From positions 64,001 to 128,000 of the forward strand of contig CBDDCK010000001.1 of assembly GCA_965225855.1 (NCBI GenBank): a stretch of 64,000 bases of DNA, given 5' to 3'. The position numbers were made by a program, and so were the translations under genes. The stretch's first letter is position 1. Each line of letters opens with the position of its first letter. Source of the DNA: Spirochaetia bacterium. GTDB taxonomy: Bacteria > Spirochaetota > Spirochaetia > SP-2023. The notes below the pieces were generated by a model. It worked only from the letters and a program-made list of their open reading frames with translations. It was not told the origin of the DNA and did no database searches. This document shows, piece after piece, positions 59,731 through 64,000 of the stretch.

Positions 59731-60837
59731 TTAAAGATAGTTATCTCTACTGGCAAACTTTAATAAAAATCGAGGCATAGGCTGTTTCTTCCCTCGAACA
59801 TTTATGGAAAGACCTAGTTTTTTGAATATTGGAATGCGATAAGTTTCTACAAACTCTATTAAACTACCGTCAGGGTCTTCCAAATAGGCGAAACGTCCAG
59901 ATGCAGTCTTTCCGATTGCAAACCCATCTTCAGTATCTACCGTAAAGGCAAAACCTAAATTACTACAATAATCCTTTAAATCAGGCATATTCATAACATC
60001 AAAACCTAAATGGATTAAGCCGGGGTCTCCCCAATAGCGGTTATTATATAAGTGGCGCTCGGTATCTAAGCCCAGGCCTTGTTTTACGGTATCACTAAAT
60101 GGCTTATCTGTAACTTCAATTAACTCAATTTCACCAGTTCCAAACAGTTCAGCATATAAACCAGATTCGGGTATTGCTCGTTTCAACATCACTCTACGAA
60201 ACTTGCCCCTATTATCTTTGTTTAAACTGTGGAAACCAAACCAATCTTGCCATTCATCTTGTCTATCTTGGACAACATGACTATAACCCAACACACTACG
60301 ATAAAAGTTTAAGGAACGTTCCATATCCGTAACCCCTACCATCACACCACAAACCCCAGCACAAAATGGTTGTTTACTTTCACGCAAGGTTTTAGATTTA
60401 TCCTCAACCAATTGAAAGTATGTACCAAATACGGCAAAGTAACAACAGAGTTCGCCGGTAGGTCGTTCGGTTATGTCTCCAATTAGTTCCAAACTTGGTT
60501 CAGGGTTTGCTCGCAAGGTAGCCACAATTTGTTCTATCCCCTGGCAACGCAATTTGCAGACCAAAAAACCGATACTTTGTAAGCTCATATTGCTAGGTTG
60601 CGGTAGCGGGGTACGGCTAATATGTTGCCAAATTTCCAAACCACTGCCACCATGTGAATTTAATACCAATGCAGCATCTCTTTGACAAACTTGCCCACCA
60701 GTGTAATGGCTCATAAAAGTGGCTTGGTTTTTATCATTAAAAATTACGGTGCGGAAACCCAATACATTGGCAAACCAATCTAAAGCATTTTTTTTATCTT
60801 GAACGCCCAAACCTAATTGTTGAATCGCATTAATCAT
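59731..60837 (-). CDS. VOC/glyoxalase family protein (two domains)
   Basis: IQQLGLGV, VGVTDMERSLNFYRSVLG and AYLEDPDGSLIEFVE. Confidence 0.85.
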   Translation of the reverse strand: MINAIQQLGLGVQDKKNALDWFANVLGFRTVIFNDKNQATFMSHYTGGQVCQRDAALVLNSHGGSGLEIWQHISRTPLPQPSNMSLQSIGFLVCKLRCQGIEQIVATLRANPEPSLELIGDITERPTGELCCYFAVFGTYFQLVEDKSKTLRESKQPFCAGVCGVMVGVTDMERSLNFYRSVLGYSHVVQDRQDEWQDWFGFHSLNKDNRGKFRRVMLKRAIPESGLYAELFGTGEIELIEVTDKPFSDTVKQGLGLDTERHLYNNRYWGDPGLIHLGFDVMNMPDLKDYCSNLGFAFTVDTEDGFAIGKTASGRFAYLEDPDGSLIEFVETYRIPIFKKLGLSINVRGKKQPMPRFLLKFASRDNYL

Positions 60838-61028
60838 AATTTCCCCTAAATGGAAAGTATTTTATTGTGCACGGATTTTAATTATTTTAAGTTATAAGAC
60901 CTATAAAAGAATCCATAAATAATTTTGCTAAAAGCCTATTTTATATAGCTTGATTCCCCATATAGTCTAGTAATTGAAAATAGCAATCTATTATCCGACA
61001 TTTCAAATATATATTAAAGGAGTTCTTT

Positions 61029-62462
61029 ATGAGTTTTCATTCGGGCTTGCATTTACAACAAACGCAAACAATGAAGCAAAAAATGCGCTTAAACCAATTT
61101 CAGCAGCAATCATTACATTTCCTACAAACCGACATTGTCCATCTACTATCGGAAGTGGAAGAATTAAAAGAACAATACCCGGAATTGCAATGGAAAGACG
61201 GTATTTCTAAAGAATGGGAGCAAGGCAATGTAGTTTTAAACCAACGGAAACGCTACCCTGGGGAATGGCGTTTAGAACAACAATGGCAAAATGGCCGTTT
61301 TCTCTCTATCGATCAATTAGCCGAAAGCAGTGATGCAAAGCAACAAATGCTTGAAAATTATCAAGAAAGTGATCAAAGCCTTTGCTTGCGCACCGTTCTG
61401 CGTGAGCAAATATATTTGTGGAATTTAAAAACCATAGAAAAGGAATTTTGTGAGTTCGTGCTACAAAATTTAGATGAACGTGGTTTAAACTATGAAAACC
61501 CTATATTGATTGCAAGTAGTTTTTTCACTGGTAGCCGGGCTATACCAAAGAGTAGGCTTGTACAATTATTAAAGAAAATTCAACAATTAGAGCCCATAGG
61601 TTGCGCATGTGATTCCCCGCTACAAAGTTTAATCGTACAAACCCAATTATATTTTCCAAATTCAAAACTATTATCTGTACTGCAGAGCTTACCTAGTTTA
61701 GAAATGCTTGGTGGCTTAGAAGACTTTTTAGCATACTTAAAACAACAAGGTTTTGATAAAACAGAAGCCAACGAAATATTATATAATCTACGTAAACTAG
61801 AGCCATATCCGGCTAGGGGCTATCAAGTTTCCAACAATTCACAAAGTTTTCGCATTTATCCGGAAATCCAAGTTCACATAGAAAAGAATAGCCGAAGAAT
61901 GGAAGTTGAGCTTTTGAACAGCATTGGCGCTAAGTTAGAAATTAGAGAACCCAAAAATAGAAGCACCTCTGCCCAAAGTAACCATAAAGATAAAGAACAG
62001 GCTGCCTTATTATTGCAACAACTTTTGCGCCGAGAAGAAACATTATTGCGTATTGGTCAAAGTATCTTTGAGCAGCAGTGGCAATTTGTAGAAGGTGGCA
62101 TAAAATATCTGCGTGCCATGACCTTAGAGATGATAGCAGCAGATTTAGATTTGCATATTTCTACTATATCGCGTTGTATTCAAAATAAATATTGTAAGAC
62201 CCCTTGGGGTACGTATCCTTTGCGTTTTTTCTTAAGTCAAGGTGCAAGAAATGGTCAATCAAGGGAACAAATAAAAGAAAGAATAGTAGAAATTATTCAA
62301 GAATATGCTCTCAATGTATCAAATAAAAATTTGAATACAACCAAAGGAAAAAAACTTAGTGACAGTGAATTAAGTAGACGTTTTAAAAAAATAGGCATAG
62401 ATATTGCACGCAGAACCGTAACAAAATATAGGGCCGAATTACTTAGTGAAGGGCGTTTATAG
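61029..62462 (+). CDS. rpoN: RNA polymerase sigma-54 factor
   Basis: Q-rich region I, IQQLEPIG, LHISTISR and RpoN box ARRTVTKYR. Confidence 0.92.
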   Translation: MSFHSGLHLQQTQTMKQKMRLNQFQQQSLHFLQTDIVHLLSEVEELKEQYPELQWKDGISKEWEQGNVVLNQRKRYPGEWRLEQQWQNGRFLSIDQLAESSDAKQQMLENYQESDQSLCLRTVLREQIYLWNLKTIEKEFCEFVLQNLDERGLNYENPILIASSFFTGSRAIPKSRLVQLLKKIQQLEPIGCACDSPLQSLIVQTQLYFPNSKLLSVLQSLPSLEMLGGLEDFLAYLKQQGFDKTEANEILYNLRKLEPYPARGYQVSNNSQSFRIYPEIQVHIEKNSRRMEVELLNSIGAKLEIREPKNRSTSAQSNHKDKEQAALLLQQLLRREETLLRIGQSIFEQQWQFVEGGIKYLRAMTLEMIAADLDLHISTISRCIQNKYCKTPWGTYPLRFFLSQGARNGQSREQIKERIVEIIQEYALNVSNKNLNTTKGKKLSDSELSRRFKKIGIDIARRTVTKYRAELLSEGRL

Positions 62463-62575
62463 TTGTGAAATAACTACAATAAAAATATTGTGCCCCAATT
62501 TAAAATTTGTTATACTGCTGCCCCAATTGTGGCTATGCTAGTCTTAACTTTATATACCTAAGGAGATACCTCTGA

Positions 62576-62905
62576 ATGAACTTTCAGCTTAAGGGTGCTG
62601 GATTTCATGTGAGTGACCATAACACAGAGTTTATAAACTCTATGTTGCATCGCATTGAGAAATTTGAAGAGCATATTGAAGATTTAACCATTACTATACA
62701 TAGAGAGGCTGAACATCTCCACAATCTAACTGCTGATGTTCATTTCCACTGGAAAACAAAATTTCATCTATCGCATACAAGCCGCGAGCTTTATCCGGGC
62801 TTAGAACATTTGTTTGAAGAATTGACAAAAAAATGCCGTCGTGAACATTCAAGGTATGTCGATCATCATCGAGGAGAGAGTAAAAAGCACAATCCGCATT
62901 TTTAA
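62576..62905 (+). CDS. hpf: Ribosome hibernation promoting factor (HPF/RaiA)
   Basis: Follows rpoN; HPF-like fold pattern (VHFHW...LYPGLEHLFEEL); AGGAG RBS. Confidence 0.75.
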   Translation: MNFQLKGAGFHVSDHNTEFINSMLHRIEKFEEHIEDLTITIHREAEHLHNLTADVHFHWKTKFHLSHTSRELYPGLEHLFEELTKKCRREHSRYVDHHRGESKKHNPHF

Positions 62906-62986
62906 TTTTTTACTTTTAATAAAAGCAGTTATAAACTATATTTAGGTTTTAATATCTATTGTTTGGTAAATACTGCTGGAGATATA

Positions 62987-63244
62987 ATGGAAAAAACGAT
63001 CCGAGTAACTAATGCTTCAGGGATTCATGCATCGCCGTCTGCTCAAATTGTGCAAACCGTCATGCAGTACAATTCCACTGTTTCGTTAGTTTATCGCGAT
63101 AAAGTTGTCGATGCTCGTTCTATATTGGGGATACTTTCGCTTGGTTTAAATCAAGGGGTAGAATTTGTTTTGCGGGCAGAAGGCGAAGATGCTGCAGCTA
63201 TATTGGATGCATTAGAAAAGCTGTTTGCAGAAGAATTCCGTTAA
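62987..63244 (+). CDS. ptsH: Phosphocarrier protein HPr
   Basis: GIHASPS (His15) and VDARSILGILSLG (Ser46); start ATG 62987 after GGAG. Confidence 0.9.
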   Translation: MEKTIRVTNASGIHASPSAQIVQTVMQYNSTVSLVYRDKVVDARSILGILSLGLNQGVEFVLRAEGEDAAAILDALEKLFAEEFR

Positions 63245-63257
63245 TCAATTATTCGCA

Positions 63258-64000
63258 ATGCCATTATTCTTGTATTTAGGCCCAGAAGAATTTCGCAAGC
63301 GTGATATGATGTCTGACCTTTTAAAAAAAAAGGGAATCGCATTAAAAGAATTACAAAGTTATCATGCTTTTAGTGTAAACTTAGATGAATTGCAAAATTT
63401 ATTGCTTTCTCCTCCACTGTTTGGCGATGCTGCTCCTGTTTTATTGACAGATATTGATTTGTTGAGCACGAAAGCGCAGAAGCATTTGGCAGAGCTTTGT
63501 GAGCTTTGCCGTAAATCTGAAAATGAGTCTTTGTTATTTTTTCTTTTTAGTAAAGAATATAAAATTTCGGCAGCTTTGGACAAAGTTTTTCCAAAGAACG
63601 AGCAAAAAGTTTTTTGGGAATTGAGTGAATCTGAAAAGAAAAATCATATACTTACTTTTTGCCGTATCAATGGCAAAGAGATTGAGCCCTTAGCGATAGA
63701 TATTTTGTTTGAGAGAATTTCCTCTGACGTTGTAATGTTGGAGCAAACATTAGCAACCGTTTTTTTGTATTTAGGGCAAAGTGTTGCTCAAATTAGCGAA
63801 GATTTGTTGAATCAAATTTTTGCTCAAAGCCGCGAGGCTACGGTATATGATCTATTCCATTATATGGTAGAGCGAGATTTAGGCCGTAGTTTACAAATAG
63901 TAGATGGTCTATTATTACAAGGTGCTTCTAAAGCAGTTTCTTTGATAACGCAGCTACTGTATCAATGGGATAAATTATTGCAAGTTAAAGAACGAATGCG
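63258..64000 (+). CDS. holA: DNA polymerase III delta subunit, 5' part (runs off the window)
   Basis: MPLFLYLGPEEFRK, LLSPPLFGD, FWELSESEK and ATVYDLF; frame stays open to the window end. Confidence 0.75.
   Translation, partial: MPLFLYLGPEEFRKRDMMSDLLKKKGIALKELQSYHAFSVNLDELQNLLLSPPLFGDAAPVLLTDIDLLSTKAQKHLAELCELCRKSENESLLFFLFSKEYKISAALDKVFPKNEQKVFWELSESEKKNHILTFCRINGKEIEPLAIDILFERISSDVVMLEQTLATVFLYLGQSVAQISEDLLNQIFAQSREATVYDLFHYMVERDLGRSLQIVDGLLLQGASKAVSLITQLLYQWDKLLQVKERM

Noticed and set aside
62463..62575. Sigma-54 promoter before hpf
   Set aside because: TGGC is present but has no correctly spaced TTGC; the repeated TGCCCCAATT is unexplained but short
1..64000. Numerous 60-190 aa antisense or nested ORFs in the track
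   Set aside because: They are shadows of well-supported genes and have no independent motifs

Overview
AT-rich (roughly 38% GC by eye) bacterial chromosomal segment. Gene order (rplU-prp-rpmA-obgE-nadD-yqeK-LCP-rsfS; tamB-bamA-skp; rpoN-hpf-ptsH) and the lipoprotein signal peptides point to a spirochaete, probably host-associated and losing genes (eroded rlmH, DAACS symporter, PfkB kinase and M30 peptidase). Housekeeping content: rpsD (partial), multicopper oxidase, class Ia nrdA with NrdR boxes, polar amino-acid ABC transporter, sugar ABC/isomerase/kinase operon, exbB-exbD-tonB-tamB-bamA-skp-tyrA-bactofilin-mtaB-rsmH, rpsO, metK, yebC, GAF/HD-GYP, adk, frameshifted prfB, rpoN-hpf-ptsH-holA (partial). 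Most notable: (1) NrdA lacks its C-terminal redox-cysteine tail, and that tail (CVLSDPDCEACQ) is encoded by a separate unannotated 43-aa ORF with its own RBS just downstream, a candidate split class I ribonucleotide reductase. (2) Two inverted, domain-shuffled surface-lipoprotein paralogs about 40 kb apart share an almost identical leader that differs only in a poly-C tract (C7 vs C6), have hypervariable beta-strand positions and palindrome-rich flanks, a candidate phase/antigenic variation system. (3) A solitary beta-class DNA methyltransferase fused to an HNH nuclease sits in a very AT-rich patch. (4) An ExbB/ExbD/TonB-like motor is tightly coupled to tamB-bamA-skp. No rRNA, tRNA, transposase or true CRISPR array was recognised. 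All calls come from reading the sequence; no database searches were run.
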